Translations under genes and position numbers: made by a program
The notes under the pieces: model-generated
The model's database searches: none
Seen by the model: only the letters and a program-made list of their open reading frames with translations
Told to the model about the DNA's origin: nothing
DNA from: Myxococcales bacterium
GTDB lineage: Bacteria > Myxococcota_A > Polyangia > Polyangiales > GCA-016699535
Assembly: GCA_020633325.1 (NCBI GenBank)
Contig: JACKDX010000001.1
Location: 178,179-242,178 of the forward strand
DNA length: 64,000 bases
Reading direction: 5' to 3'
Part shown: positions 27,025 through 41,623 of the stretch, piece by piece
How positions within the stretch are numbered: the first letter of the stretch is position 1
How the letters are laid out: the number at the start of each line of letters is the position of its first letter

Positions 27025-27636
27025 TTAAAGCGCGTCGATAAGATTGAGAACCACGGGGTCCGCCCAATTTCGGCTGCCGTCGTAACGAAGACGGATGATG
27101 CCTTCGCGATCAATAATCCAGGTTTCTGGATATAGCTTTGTGCCATATAGCTTTTGACCCACGCCGCCTGTGGGATCGAGAAGCACGGTCAGAGGCGTGC
27201 GCTGAGGAAAGAGCGGTCGCACCGTTGACCAGGAACTATCCGTACTGACGGCAATCACTTCCAAATCTTGGCGACGGGCAGCAATCTCCGCCAGTTGCAC
27301 CAACGATGGCATTTCAGCGATGCAGGGCTGACATGTCACCGTCCAAAAATTTAACACGATGAACTTTCCGCGATGCTCGCGTAATCGCCAAGGCTTGCCA
27401 TGCTGATCGTTCAGTACGAAGTCTGGGGCCAAACGGTCCTGGCCGAGATAATGTGCATCGGTTTTCTCCCCCGCCTTGAGACGGTCGTAGGTTTCATCGC
27501 CCAACACGACGCGAAACGGTGTCTGCCTGCGTCTGAGCTCACCATCAGCAAATGCGGCACCCACTAGATATAACAACGGCAACGCAACAACTGCCGTCAT
27601 TAGCCACACAAGGCTGTTTTTGTATGCAATCTGCAC
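27025..27636 (-). CDS. TlpA/ResA-like thiol:disulfide oxidoreductase
   Basis: N-terminal anchor and FWTVTCQPCIAEMP (CxxC). Confidence 0.75.
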   Translation of the reverse strand: MQIAYKNSLVWLMTAVVALPLLYLVGAAFADGELRRRQTPFRVVLGDETYDRLKAGEKTDAHYLGQDRLAPDFVLNDQHGKPWRLREHRGKFIVLNFWTVTCQPCIAEMPSLVQLAEIAARRQDLEVIAVSTDSSWSTVRPLFPQRTPLTVLLDPTGGVGQKLYGTKLYPETWIIDREGIIRLRYDGSRNWADPVVLNLIDAL

Positions 27637-27777
27637 GTTAGATTCAAATGGACCCTACCGTTGAGCGGGCGTGCAATCAAGCGCAGAGAATGCTGGGCCG
27701 ATGGATGCGTTGACAAGACGCAGGTAAGTTCTACACTCGGATGTTTCAGCTTGTCCCGAAGCACAAGGAGCACGGCC

Positions 27778-27963
27778 ATGACCTACCCAAACAGCCTCAT
27801 CGATAAGCGTGTCATCACACGATCTCTACAAAAAGGATTGGTCGACCGCGCAACTTTGGAAAAACACATTAAAGCTTTGCCAGACTCCGAAGGCAATGCC
27901 GAACGCATGGAAGCAGCGCAAGAATCAGAAGAAGGCGATGCTGTTCGCCATGAAAACATTTAG
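27778..27963 (+). CDS. small acidic protein, unknown function
   Basis: AAGGAG lies before the ATG at 27778. 61 aa. Confidence 0.4.
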   Translation: MTYPNSLIDKRVITRSLQKGLVDRATLEKHIKALPDSEGNAERMEAAQESEEGDAVRHENI

Positions 27964-27980
27964 ACCTTCACGGGACTTCA

Positions 27981-28358
27981 ATGAGTAAACCAGACATGCC
28001 AAAGGAAGACCACGGCTTCAAGGTGTCGGATCGGCGTGCCAGTTCTGAAGATGATTCATTAGAGAATCTCTCGGAATCTCCTCCACAATCAGGTATCGAG
28101 GAGGGCTCCCTACCAGCCCTCGATTTTACGACTTTTGTTTTGTCTCTCAGCACCTCCGCCTTGATGCATCTTGGGGAACTGGCCGACAAAGGAGGTCAGC
28201 CCGCTTTGGTCAACTTGTCTTTAGCACGTCAGACCATCGATTTGTTGGCGGTGCTCGAGCAAAAAACGAAGGGCAATCTCACGGGGGAAGAGGAGAGGCT
28301 TCTCAGTCACATCCTCGCGGAGCTCCGATTGCATTACGTACAGAAACTGAAAGGATAA
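27981..28358 (+). CDS. DUF1844-like protein
   Basis: LPALDFTTFVLSLSTSALMHLGE pattern. Confidence 0.55.
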   Translation: MSKPDMPKEDHGFKVSDRRASSEDDSLENLSESPPQSGIEEGSLPALDFTTFVLSLSTSALMHLGELADKGGQPALVNLSLARQTIDLLAVLEQKTKGNLTGEEERLLSHILAELRLHYVQKLKG

Positions 28359-28362
28359 TCCC

Positions 28363-28917
28363 TTGGAACATCGCGATCGCTACCTGTCGAGCGTGCCAGT
28401 AAATGGACGTACCCTCTCGTCACAAGAGCGCGACGCGTTGCAAGCGGACATGGCTCAAATCGTCGAAAATAGCCATCTTTTTAGCTCTTTGGATGCCGAA
28501 GGCCGAGATAAGCTGTTCCAAAGCGGCTATGTATGCAGCTTCGACGATGCCTGTACCATCCTTCAGGAAGGCGAGCCGGGCGATACCATGTATTTGGTAC
28601 TGCATGGAAAAGTGACAGTAAAAACTGGATGTGGCGGTAACGAAAGCATGCATTTGGCCGAACTCGGCACAGGCGCATGCATCGGAGAGGTAGCGGTGCT
28701 CACGGGGCAACCGCGCACGGCCACCGTAACGGCGAAGGGACCGGTTGACTGCGTCGCGTTTGCCGCGCACCGCATCGCGCGTGTCCTCACCGAGTACCCC
28801 GAGGTGCACCAGCTCTTGCTCTCGCTCATTGAGAGCCGCGCACGGAGCACCATTGAAAAGCTAATTCGGCGTCATCATGCAAGTCCTGCGCCGCCGCCGC
28901 CCGAAGAGCACGTTTAA
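28363..28917 (+). CDS. cyclic-nucleotide-binding domain protein
   Basis: GEPGDTMYLVLHGKV...IGEVAVLTGQPRTATVTA. Confidence 0.75.
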   Translation: MEHRDRYLSSVPVNGRTLSSQERDALQADMAQIVENSHLFSSLDAEGRDKLFQSGYVCSFDDACTILQEGEPGDTMYLVLHGKVTVKTGCGGNESMHLAELGTGACIGEVAVLTGQPRTATVTAKGPVDCVAFAAHRIARVLTEYPEVHQLLLSLIESRARSTIEKLIRRHHASPAPPPPEEHV

Positions 28918-28939
28918 CGTTCCCTAAGTCGGAAGCAAA

Positions 28940-32956
<4,017 letters not shown>

Positions 32957-33011
32957 TCATCGAGTTAGCGGGGAGAGCCGCTGCGTCCAAAAAAGCAAAC
33001 GCTCTCTCCCG

Positions 33012-33614
33012 CTACTTTGAAAAATCAAAGCCCAAAAGTCGCGCAGTCACGCGGGTGGACTGGCCCGAGATCTTCATTTCCATCTGGGAATCAATAAAAA
33101 CAGGGCCCACGGTGGGGCAGTAAATGGTATCCACCCGCCGGCTAAGATCCGCGCTTGTTTCTCGCACCTGCGTGCAATGTGCAAATCTGCCCGCTGGCGT
33201 GTCGATGGAGCGCCACATCGATAGGACCTTTGCCCGACCGATGGGAGACTGCCAGGTGGCACCACGAACAATAGGGTTCCTAAGAAGCCAGCCTGTCCCA
33301 TCTGCACGCCAGATTCCGGCATTGGTTACCTCGTAAGCCACCGGCGTACTGCCCGCACCCACTTCGGCGCGAGTGCCGTGCACTCCCACGACCCTGCTGA
33401 TGGCCAAGGTATTCAGGCCGACGCCCGTGTCCACATCATAGCTCCATACGGAGCCCAGTCTGAGCGGATAAAGAATTGCCGCCGTGATTTTAGTGGGTGT
33501 GGACTGAGTGGGTGGTTTGCTTGCGCCGCACGCCGTGCCGATTACCACTAAAAATAGAATGCCGAGATGCAGCGTATGTGTGGTTGAAACCCTGGCTTGC
33601 ATAAGAACGTTCAT
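33012..33614 (-). CDS. putative lipoprotein
   Basis: LGILFLVVIGTAC|GASKPP. Confidence 0.5.
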   Translation of the reverse strand: MNVLMQARVSTTHTLHLGILFLVVIGTACGASKPPTQSTPTKITAAILYPLRLGSVWSYDVDTGVGLNTLAISRVVGVHGTRAEVGAGSTPVAYEVTNAGIWRADGTGWLLRNPIVRGATWQSPIGRAKVLSMWRSIDTPAGRFAHCTQVRETSADLSRRVDTIYCPTVGPVFIDSQMEMKISGQSTRVTARLLGFDFSK

Positions 33615-33623
33615 ATAGGCGCT

Positions 33624-35810
33624 CTAGCGATGTCGGGCACCCTCAAGGCGCGCGGGCCTGTGAAGCCTCTCGTGTTCGGATAGAAACTCCCGTGCCATGC
33701 TATACTCGTAGTAACTCACCATGTCGGTTGCCAACACGCGGTGAAATAGGGCAACTGCTTCTCGGATGTTACCTTCTACCATCAACCGCGCCGCTTCGTA
33801 GAAATGCGCCTCGGTTTGCTCGCCGCGCTCTACAGCCTCCGTGAGAAGGTCGCGATAGGGAAGTTTTCGAGCACCAAATGAGGCTAGGCGCCCCCACCAC
33901 GCATCGGTGCTGGCAAGCTGCGCCAACGCTCCCAAAACCTCCTGTTGGACGTGACTGCCGCTTCGACCCATGATGACTTGCACCCAAAGTGCGAAATACA
34001 CTTTCCATTCCGGCTCCAAACTCACTTGCCTAAGGGCGCGATGATACACCTCCTGCGCAAGCTCCGCGTTCGCCTCCGACGTTACCAAGTGAGAGAGGAT
34101 CTGCTCATACACGCTACGATCCGCCGAGGCGTATCCCATAGCCTGCTCAAAAAACTCGGTGCTCCGCTGAGCATTGCCGAGCCTGTCTGCGATGACCCCG
34201 CGTCGTACATACGCCGCAGCCAACGCTTCTCCCTTCAGCTGATCACTTGCTCGTGACCAAAATCGAGCGGCCTCCTCGTATCGTACCCGGGACGCAGCGG
34301 TATCGTTGGCCATCCGTAAAGCATCACCGAGTTTCTCTAGCGCCTCGCCTTCAATCTGGGGCGCAATGTCCTCGGTCTGCTTCGCCATCTTCAGTATGCG
34401 CTTGTAATAGTTTATCGCCTCTTCAATCTGACCACGATTGAGTGAAAGCAATCCCAATCGCAATAAAGCCGGGAGATTGGGATGTGCTTCTAAACTTGCG
34501 AGGAAACGCGCTTTTGCGACCTCTGTGTTCCCAGCGCTCATTTCCGCGGTGCCAATGGCAAAATAAAACTGTTCAAGCTTTACCGGAAGAGGCGTTTTTG
34601 GCCAGCGCCGCACGCGTTCTTTGAGAATATGCTCAGCCTCCTTTGCCAGAGCACGCGTGTGAGTCGGATCCGACTCAAATGCCCGGGTTTCTATCAGGCG
34701 TTGAAGAACACGTAGCGCTTCATCGTAGATGGGGAGTTCCTGGTTTGCGAGACGCGTTGCCTCCGCATATTCAGCGGTCGCATCGGCATACTTACCTTCC
34801 ATGGCCGAAATTCGGGCCAGACACAACGCGAAGCGTGCATCGCTGGGGCGTAGCTGACGTCCCTTGCGGCAAAGACCACGGGCAACGTCCATTCTGCCAA
34901 TGTCTTTGATATAAAGTCGGGACAGCGTGAGAATAGCGTCAGAAGCCGTGGATTCCCCACTGGCGGCAAGATGCAGCAGGTATTCAAATTGTTGTTCCGC
35001 TTCGGATTTAGGACCGTACGCGCGTAGCGCTCGATAGGCGCGCTGAACGTCACCCTGCCTCAAATAGACAGCCGCCAGGTCTACGGGCGTTCGCCGCAGG
35101 ATAAAGCGAGCCATATTGAGGTCCTGAAACCCAACAGCCCTCTCGTTACTCGAACTCCGATTTGCTGCCGCTCTACCCGTCATAGTGAGCAGCGCCTTGC
35201 GGCGGGAAAAGTAGTATGAGGCCACGCGTCTGAGCACGCTCGGAGCCGGGACCAAGCTGGCGTGCTCTTCCCATACGTCCAGAAGATCTTGAAATCGTTC
35301 TATCACTGGCAACTCAGCCCGTGCCGCTCGGCCCCATTGGGCGACCCGTCGATACTCGCGTGAAAAGCGCTTCTCGTTTGCCCCATCCAAACGCCACAGT
35401 ATCCACAGCGCGGACAATACCCGTGCCTCGTCACCGCGCTCGGACCCACGTTTACGCACATAGCGTGCCACTTCACACAGTTCGGGAGACAGAGATTCCT
35501 CTTGAAATTCTCTCGACGTATAGAGCGATGTCATCTCCCGTAAGCGCTCTACGGCTTTCGCATAGTTATCCGAGGCAATCTCCGCTTTGGCCTGTTGACC
35601 CAGATAAGTGAGCAAGCGCACTCGAAGTGCTCGCCTTAGCGAATCTCCGGGCCGCATGCGAAAAAACGCTCTTCGCGCCGCTAAATATGTCTCGCTATTG
35701 AGACACCTGCCGTTTCCGCGATCGAGGCTAGAGCGGTGGGGAACATGTGTAACGCAGGCGGAAAAAAGGAGCAGCGCAGAGACATAACCGCCTATTCTTA
35801 GTATTTTCAT
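33624..35810 (-). CDS. TPR-repeat lipoprotein
   Basis: The internal start MKILRIGGYVSALLLFSAC (ATG 35810) gives a lipoprotein and removes the overlap with the divergent CPBP gene. Many A/Y/L-rich TPR-like repeats. Confidence 0.6.
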   Translation of the reverse strand: MKILRIGGYVSALLLFSACVTHVPHRSSLDRGNGRCLNSETYLAARRAFFRMRPGDSLRRALRVRLLTYLGQQAKAEIASDNYAKAVERLREMTSLYTSREFQEESLSPELCEVARYVRKRGSERGDEARVLSALWILWRLDGANEKRFSREYRRVAQWGRAARAELPVIERFQDLLDVWEEHASLVPAPSVLRRVASYYFSRRKALLTMTGRAAANRSSSNERAVGFQDLNMARFILRRTPVDLAAVYLRQGDVQRAYRALRAYGPKSEAEQQFEYLLHLAASGESTASDAILTLSRLYIKDIGRMDVARGLCRKGRQLRPSDARFALCLARISAMEGKYADATAEYAEATRLANQELPIYDEALRVLQRLIETRAFESDPTHTRALAKEAEHILKERVRRWPKTPLPVKLEQFYFAIGTAEMSAGNTEVAKARFLASLEAHPNLPALLRLGLLSLNRGQIEEAINYYKRILKMAKQTEDIAPQIEGEALEKLGDALRMANDTAASRVRYEEAARFWSRASDQLKGEALAAAYVRRGVIADRLGNAQRSTEFFEQAMGYASADRSVYEQILSHLVTSEANAELAQEVYHRALRQVSLEPEWKVYFALWVQVIMGRSGSHVQQEVLGALAQLASTDAWWGRLASFGARKLPYRDLLTEAVERGEQTEAHFYEAARLMVEGNIREAVALFHRVLATDMVSYYEYSMAREFLSEHERLHRPARLEGARHR

Positions 35811-35898
35811 ATAGTTACATGGCTTTTTTTTTGCGCCGAGAAGTGTACCAGGTCGAGCGCGTTTTGCCGAATGGGAGCCTGTATCGTAGGTTTGGCGC

Positions 35899-36747
35899 AT
35901 GCCCAGGCATCGGATTTCATGGTGGCAATCTTTATTCCTGGTAGCGGTCTTTCTTTCAACCACGGTGGGCTGCATTTTTCTTGCGGGCGTCTTGCGCAGC
36001 GCAGGTTCTTCGCCAATGCCCTTCCTCGATCTCAAGACAGCAGCGCAAGACCCTATTAATATATTGCTCGCGCAAACCGCTGCGACCCTCTTTTCCTTGC
36101 TCCTTGGGTTTAGTTGGCTGAGGATCACCGATTGGAAGAACGCGTTGGGCATTCATCCGGTCCCGTGCTCTGTCCTCTTGGGAGGCGCAGTATTGGGGGC
36201 TGCTCTGCAATTCCCGCTTACAGAACTCACCAACTGGCTTCAGGTATGGTTTCCCGTCGCCGTCGAAGAACAGCTCGCTTTCGAGAAGCTTCTTCATCCG
36301 GACGGTGCGTGGTTGATGGCCGTGATAGGCATTGCGATCGTCGTCGCCGCACCTATCGGGGAAGAGCTGATCTTTCGTGGATTGATCTTTCGCGGGCTCA
36401 TCCGCAACTATCGACCCGCATTGGCCGTCCTGTTGAGTGCGATATTGTTTGGAATAGCCCACATGGCTCCAACCCGTTTCGTGTACGCAACCTTGATGGG
36501 CATCGTTTTGAGTGTCGTTGTGCTCCGTACCGGATCGGTATTGCCCAGCATTGCATCTCACGCCGCGTTTAATGCCATGCCTGTTCTATTGCCAAAAAGC
36601 GTGGTGCGCTTGCCTGGCTTCAATGTGATGAGCACACACATTGAACATCTTCCAACCTGGCTTATTCTTAGCAGCTCTCTATTATTCATCCTCAGCTTTG
36701 TATGGATGATGCGCCATCCATCCGCCGCCCCTCTTGTTGACCCGTAA
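35899..36747 (+). CDS. CPBP-family intramembrane glutamic endopeptidase (CAAX protease-like)
   Basis: GEELIFRGLIFRGL, FGIAH and HAAFN motifs. Multi-TM protein. Confidence 0.75.
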   Translation: MPRHRISWWQSLFLVAVFLSTTVGCIFLAGVLRSAGSSPMPFLDLKTAAQDPINILLAQTAATLFSLLLGFSWLRITDWKNALGIHPVPCSVLLGGAVLGAALQFPLTELTNWLQVWFPVAVEEQLAFEKLLHPDGAWLMAVIGIAIVVAAPIGEELIFRGLIFRGLIRNYRPALAVLLSAILFGIAHMAPTRFVYATLMGIVLSVVVLRTGSVLPSIASHAAFNAMPVLLPKSVVRLPGFNVMSTHIEHLPTWLILSSSLLFILSFVWMMRHPSAAPLVDP

Positions 36748-36762
36748 CTGCGGAGACTCTGC

Positions 36763-37605
36763 ATGCCTCGACGAGAACCTACACTTCCCATCACCCAGCA
36801 GCTCACCCTGGCAAGCAGCGAGATCACCAAACAGTGCGATATTATTCCTAGAGTGGCGATGGTTCTCGGTTCTGGATTGGGCGCCTTTGGGGAAGAGGTG
36901 CAAGACCGCATAGTGCTTCCCTATTCCGCCATTTCGGGGATGCCGCTTCCTCGGGTGCAGGGGCACGCGGGACAGCTTGCGCTTGGGCACATCGGCCAAG
37001 TCCCAATCGTGATTATGGAAGGTCGTGCCCACATGTACGAAGGGTATTCAGCTCAAGAATCCGTATTCGGCATCCGATTGATGCTGCGCCTTGGGGCGCA
37101 ATATCTGATCGTCACCAACGCTGCAGGCGGCATCAGTGAATTATTCGCGCCCGGTGACTTAATGCTCATCTCGGATCATATCAATCTGACCGGCCAAAAC
37201 TGCTTATGTGGTCCTAACGACGAAAATCTTGGTCCTCGGTTTCCTGACATGACCAGCGCGTATGACCCTGAACTCAACGCGCTGGCTGAACGAATCGCCG
37301 TAGAACAGGGACAGCGTTTACGCAAGGGCGTTTATGCCGGGGTGCTTGGACCTTGCTATGAAACGCCCGCAGAGATCCGCATGTTACAGAGGATCGGCGC
37401 GCATGCGGTTGGCATGAGCACGGTTCAAGAAGTCATCGCGGCGCGTCACATGGGAGCACGAATAATGGGAATTTCTTGCATCACCAATATGGCCGCCGGC
37501 ATCAGCGAGGCGCCCCTTTCGCATGGAGAGGTACGCGATACCGCCGACCGGATTTCGGGGCGCTTTGCGGCACTCCTAAATCAGGTGATCGCAAAATTGC
37601 ACTAG
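36763..37605 (+). CDS. purine nucleoside phosphorylase (PNP/MTAP family 2)
   Basis: MVLGSGLGAF, GHAGQLALG, MEGRAHMYEGY, VGMSTVQEV. Confidence 0.8.
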   Translation: MPRREPTLPITQQLTLASSEITKQCDIIPRVAMVLGSGLGAFGEEVQDRIVLPYSAISGMPLPRVQGHAGQLALGHIGQVPIVIMEGRAHMYEGYSAQESVFGIRLMLRLGAQYLIVTNAAGGISELFAPGDLMLISDHINLTGQNCLCGPNDENLGPRFPDMTSAYDPELNALAERIAVEQGQRLRKGVYAGVLGPCYETPAEIRMLQRIGAHAVGMSTVQEVIAARHMGARIMGISCITNMAAGISEAPLSHGEVRDTADRISGRFAALLNQVIAKLH

Positions 37606-38084
37606 CGAAGACGAATGCCCAAAATTAGATCTTTATTGCCCCAGCGCTGACCGGCTTGAAACAAAGGTTTATTGCGGGCAAGCACCATCTGGACGGATCG
37701 AACATAATCGTCCTCGTTGGGGCGATTAATGGCCATTTTGACGGCGCAACGTCCGTCGGAAAGCTCCTTCTCAAGCGCCAGTTGCAGGTGCCGGCCGTTT
37801 GGGAGTGCGAGATCGATCGATTGCCCTTTTTTAAGTGTGACGCGATGTTTTTTGAGCAGCGTCATGCTTCGATATCCGCGAAATGCGCGATGCTTGAGCG
37901 CAGGCTCTTTGGCGAGCGCGGGATCGATCTTTCCCGGCGACTCACTCGCCGCAATGACGAGAACCTCCGCATCGTAGCTCTTCAGGGCATCGGCGTGCGT
38001 CAATAAGGGCACCGCCGCCCACAATACTGCTATCCAAAACACCATCGCCCTACTTTGCCTATTCACTCTGGCTCCTCGACCCAC
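37602..38084 (-). CDS. secreted protein of unknown function, last gene of the ECF sigma operon
   Basis: Signal-like MVFWIAVLWAAVPLLTHA. Its start overlaps the anti-sigma gene end. Confidence 0.4.
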   Translation of the reverse strand: MGRGARVNRQSRAMVFWIAVLWAAVPLLTHADALKSYDAEVLVIAASESPGKIDPALAKEPALKHRAFRGYRSMTLLKKHRVTLKKGQSIDLALPNGRHLQLALEKELSDGRCAVKMAINRPNEDDYVRSVQMVLARNKPLFQAGQRWGNKDLILGIRLR

Positions 38085-38608
38085 AAAATCGCAACATGCT
38101 CACCTGCTTCAGGCTCGATATCAATGACTGTCCCACTGTTTTCTCCAAGGTCCATCTCCACAAACTCGGAGCTTCCTTCCAACTCCTCTATCCCCTGGGA
38201 TGCCGCGTGCTTGGATGGATGTGACATGCGCTCAGCCGATAGGTTGTCCTGCCGTGCGCTTGGCATCCACACGAACAAGACCACCGCCGCCAGGAGGACG
38301 GTGCCGCCCACGGGCAGAGCCCAGCCCAACCAGAACTCTTTCTTCGGCTGAAACGCATGTTGGAAGCGGTCCCGCCACGAATCGCGGGCAGCGATCTCGT
38401 GACGAACATTCTCATAAACAAGCGAAATCGCCGCGAGCTCGGGATTCTGCACCGCATGGGTATGCAGGAAGGTCGAAAGACGTCGCAACGTGGCCAGCTG
38501 CTTTTGGAGCTCCGGATCTTTATCGACGGCCTCTCGAACATGCTGGCTCTCAGCGGGGGAAAGCTCGCCATCGTGATACCGGTTCAATAATTCTTCGGTG
38601 ATCTTCAC
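38063..38608 (-). CDS. anti-sigma factor-like single-pass membrane protein
   Basis: N-terminal LLNRYHDGELSPAESQHVREAV, a central TM helix, and a 4-nt overlap with the sigma gene stop. Confidence 0.6.
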   Translation of the reverse strand: MKITEELLNRYHDGELSPAESQHVREAVDKDPELQKQLATLRRLSTFLHTHAVQNPELAAISLVYENVRHEIAARDSWRDRFQHAFQPKKEFWLGWALPVGGTVLLAAVVLFVWMPSARQDNLSAERMSHPSKHAASQGIEELEGSSEFVEMDLGENSGTVIDIEPEAGEHVAILWVEEPE

Positions 38609-39309
38609 GTCTCCACCTCAAGGTAGGGGCCCAACGCCACCTGAAGCTTGCGTCGCGCATGGAAGAGCCGGCTCATAACCGTCCCCTTTGGGACCTTCAG
38701 GGTCTGGGCGATTTGCTCGTAGCCCATACCCTCAATCTCTCGCAATACGATGACGGCGCGGTGGGACTCGGACAATACTTCCATCGCGCGCTCGAGTTGC
38801 GTGCGAAGTTCATCTTGGTCCAATCGCTCTTGGGGGCGTTCCTCGGCGATGGTGCCAAGAGTCGCCGGGGCTGCTTCGTGGATGCTCGCGGGATGGACTT
38901 GTGCATGGTCCTCGAAGTTGACCGTGCGCGTCCTGCCTCTGCGCCGGATGTGATCGATGGCCCTATTGACCACGATTCGATAAAGCCACGTGTAAAAATT
39001 TGATGCACCTTCAAATTTGTGCAAGTGCTTGTGAGCATTGATAAAAGCCTCCTGCACCACATCCATGGCGTCTTCAGGATGCCTCAGCATCGCCACCGCC
39101 ACCGCATACGTGCGCGCACTATGGCGCTTATAGAGCTGCTCGAAGGCAGCCATATCTCCCTTTTTGGCGCGCTCGACGAGGTCCGCATCAATATCCACCC
39201 GCGGACGCTCAATGGGGGTAGCAGCAGACTCATCATGGGATGTGGACGCCAAGGAATCCGGTTCATTCAATGATGTGGCTGTCCCTGAGCGTCCGTGACG
39301 TACTTTCAT
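38605..39309 (-). CDS. ECF-type RNA polymerase sigma-70 family factor
   Basis: AAGGTGG lies before the ATG at 39309. Region 2 DVVQEAFINAHKHLHKF and region 4 YEQIAQTLKVPKGTVMSRLFHARRKL. Confidence 0.8.
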   Translation of the reverse strand: MKVRHGRSGTATSLNEPDSLASTSHDESAATPIERPRVDIDADLVERAKKGDMAAFEQLYKRHSARTYAVAVAMLRHPEDAMDVVQEAFINAHKHLHKFEGASNFYTWLYRIVVNRAIDHIRRRGRTRTVNFEDHAQVHPASIHEAAPATLGTIAEERPQERLDQDELRTQLERAMEVLSESHRAVIVLREIEGMGYEQIAQTLKVPKGTVMSRLFHARRKLQVALGPYLEVET

Positions 39310-39411
39310 CTGCCCACCTTTTATCATAGGCCAAAGGCAGCCTAAAGGACTCGTGGCGATGCGCATCCTGACGGGACTAACCGATCCTGCTATGACTGGT
39401 ATTTGATTACA

Positions 39412-41598
39412 ATGGCTGTAGACCTAACCGCGCTCAATCCTCCGCAACAGCAGGCCGTGATGCACGAAAGTGGCCCGCTGGTGGTATTTGCCGGCGCAGG
39501 CAGCGGCAAAACTCGGGTCATCACCCATCGTATCGCTCAGCTTATCGCCAACCAAGGGATTCCTCCCTGGCACATTCTTGCGGTCACGTTCACGAATAAG
39601 GCGGCTTTGGAAATGCGCCACAGGGTGGCCCAACTGTTACATGAGCCAGAGGAGCGCCTTTGGATAGGCACTTTTCATGCGATTTGCGCAAAACTGCTGC
39701 GCTTGTACTCACCGCATACCGAGGTCTTTCGCAACTTCGTCATCTATGATGACGCCGATCAGCGCACGTTGATCACACGCGTCTTGCGAGACCTTCAGCT
39801 GGACGAGCGACGCTTTGTGCCACGGCAAATGGCTGCGCAAATCAACCAAGCCAAACAAGAGATGATCGGACCCGAGCAATACCAAGCCGGGGACTACTAC
39901 ACCGACGCTGTCCTTAAAGTATATACCAGGTATGAAGAGCATCTAACTCGCGCTCGCGCTCTAGATTTTGGAGACCTGATCTATCGTTGTGTGCTCGCGC
40001 TTGAGAACAACTCGCAGCTGCGCAGCGAACTTCAACGGCGGTTTTTGCACGTACTGGTAGACGAATTTCAAGATACCAATCGCGCACAATTTAGATTTGT
40101 ACAAGCGCTTGCGAGCGGCCATCGCAACGTATGCGTTGTGGGTGACGACGATCAAAGTATTTACCGATGGCGCGGAGCCGATCGACGAAATATTTTGGAT
40201 TTCTCACGTGTTTTCGACGATGCGCGGGTGGTGAAACTGGAACAAAACTATCGATCGACGCAACGCATTTTGCGCGCCGCGGATGCTGTCATATCCAGAT
40301 GCCTCGACCGAGAACCCAAGACGCTTTGGACCGAGAATGATGAAGGGGCTGAGATCGCCCTTATCCGCTGTATGGATGAGCGCGATGAGGCGCGGGTTCT
40401 TATCCAGGGCATTCGGCAGCTTCAGAACCAAGGACGCGGCCTTTCCGATATCGCAGTGTTTTATCGCATTCATGCGCAGTCGCGGGTGATTGAAGAAGGC
40501 CTGCGCGCGGCCAATATTCCTTACGTCATTGTCGGGGGCATGAGATTTTATGAGCGAGCAGAGATTAAGGACATGTTGGCGTTTTTGCGAGTGATATCCA
40601 ATCCGAACGACGACGTCAGCCTGCTCAGGATCGTGAATATCCCGCCGCGTGGCATCGGGAAAACTTCAATCGAGCATCTGCTCGACTTTGCCACCCAACA
40701 CAAGCTGCCCCTATGGGATGTACTTGCGCGCCTGGGAGATATAGACACGCTGACCTCTTTAGCACGTCGCAAACTGGCAGACTTCAGACAGTTGATCACG
40801 GAGCTGCTTGAGCTACATCAGAAAGATCCCAGTCCGTTGCGGCTCGCGAACGAGATCGTAGAGCGAACAGGCTATACAAAACGACTGCGTGAAGAGGACA
40901 ATGCAGAAGCCGATGCCCGCCTTCAAAACATCCAGGAGTTTTTGGGTTCTATGTTGGATTTCGAGCAAGATGCGGAACATCCCACGCTCGATGCGTTCTT
41001 GGAACTGGTCACGCTGCAGACGAGCGACAACAAAACCGATGCCCCAAGCCAGCTGACCTTGATGACCGTCCATGCTGCCAAGGGGCTGGAGTTTCCCGTG
41101 GTGATGGTCGCTGGCATGGAAGAGGGGCTTTTCCCCTATAAAGGGATCGACCCCGCAGACGATAGTGAAGCATTGGAAGAGGAGCGCCGGTTGGCCTATG
41201 TCGCATTTACGAGGGCAAGAGAGCAGCTCTGGTTGACCTACGCCGTAGCGCGCCGAGTGTTTGGGCAGACGCGGGCAGGGCTTCTGTCCCGTTTTGTGGA
41301 AGAAGTTCCCAGCCAAGATCTGCACGTCTCAGGCTCAGCCACCCTCAAGAGCGCAAGCAAAGGATGGATGGACTTTCAAAGGCCGCGCTCCTCAGGGGCA
41401 CGCAATGAGAGCTATGTCGATCGCAGTGAGGGTGATTTGGGCGATAACGAACAATGGCGTGGTTCCATGGTCCAACACGCCAAATTTGGCGTAGGCCGAG
41501 TAATTAACATGACACAAGGGTCGCCTCCAACCGTCACGGTAGTATTCCCTGGCTGGGGGCAAAAGAAAATCGCCTCCACTTATCTTCAGCCTGTCTGA
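39412..41598 (+). CDS. uvrD: ATP-dependent DNA helicase UvrD/PcrA family
   Basis: LNPPQQQAV...AGAGSGKTRVITHRIA, VDEFQDTN, TVHAAKGLEF. Confidence 0.85.
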   Translation: MAVDLTALNPPQQQAVMHESGPLVVFAGAGSGKTRVITHRIAQLIANQGIPPWHILAVTFTNKAALEMRHRVAQLLHEPEERLWIGTFHAICAKLLRLYSPHTEVFRNFVIYDDADQRTLITRVLRDLQLDERRFVPRQMAAQINQAKQEMIGPEQYQAGDYYTDAVLKVYTRYEEHLTRARALDFGDLIYRCVLALENNSQLRSELQRRFLHVLVDEFQDTNRAQFRFVQALASGHRNVCVVGDDDQSIYRWRGADRRNILDFSRVFDDARVVKLEQNYRSTQRILRAADAVISRCLDREPKTLWTENDEGAEIALIRCMDERDEARVLIQGIRQLQNQGRGLSDIAVFYRIHAQSRVIEEGLRAANIPYVIVGGMRFYERAEIKDMLAFLRVISNPNDDVSLLRIVNIPPRGIGKTSIEHLLDFATQHKLPLWDVLARLGDIDTLTSLARRKLADFRQLITELLELHQKDPSPLRLANEIVERTGYTKRLREEDNAEADARLQNIQEFLGSMLDFEQDAEHPTLDAFLELVTLQTSDNKTDAPSQLTLMTVHAAKGLEFPVVMVAGMEEGLFPYKGIDPADDSEALEEERRLAYVAFTRAREQLWLTYAVARRVFGQTRAGLLSRFVEEVPSQDLHVSGSATLKSASKGWMDFQRPRSSGARNESYVDRSEGDLGDNEQWRGSMVQHAKFGVGRVINMTQGSPPTVTVVFPGWGQKKIASTYLQPV

Positions 41599-41623
41599 CG
41601 TTTCCTTTATAGAGTCCCTCCTG

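Noticed and set aside
32967-33013. The imperfect inverted repeat AGCGGGGAGAGC ... GCTCTCTCCCGCT downstream of the 33012 lipoprotein gene, considered as an intrinsic terminator.
   Set aside because: The arms are out of register by one base and the loop is about 20 nt. The U-run lies in the loop rather than after the stem, so it is not confidently callable.
35399-35407. The DnaA-box-like 9-mer GTATCCACA (and GTATCCACC near 33128), noted because gyrB and rsmG are often near the origin.
   Set aside because: These are isolated single near-matches inside coding sequence. There is no cluster of boxes, no AT-rich unwinding element, and no dnaA or dnaN in the window.
35811-36152. A 114-codon N-terminal extension of the TPR ORF (track start 36152).
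   Set aside because: The extension overlaps the divergent CPBP protease gene by about 250 nt and looks non-protein-like. The internal ATG at 35810 yields a clean lipoprotein signal (MKILRIGGYVSALLLFSAC).
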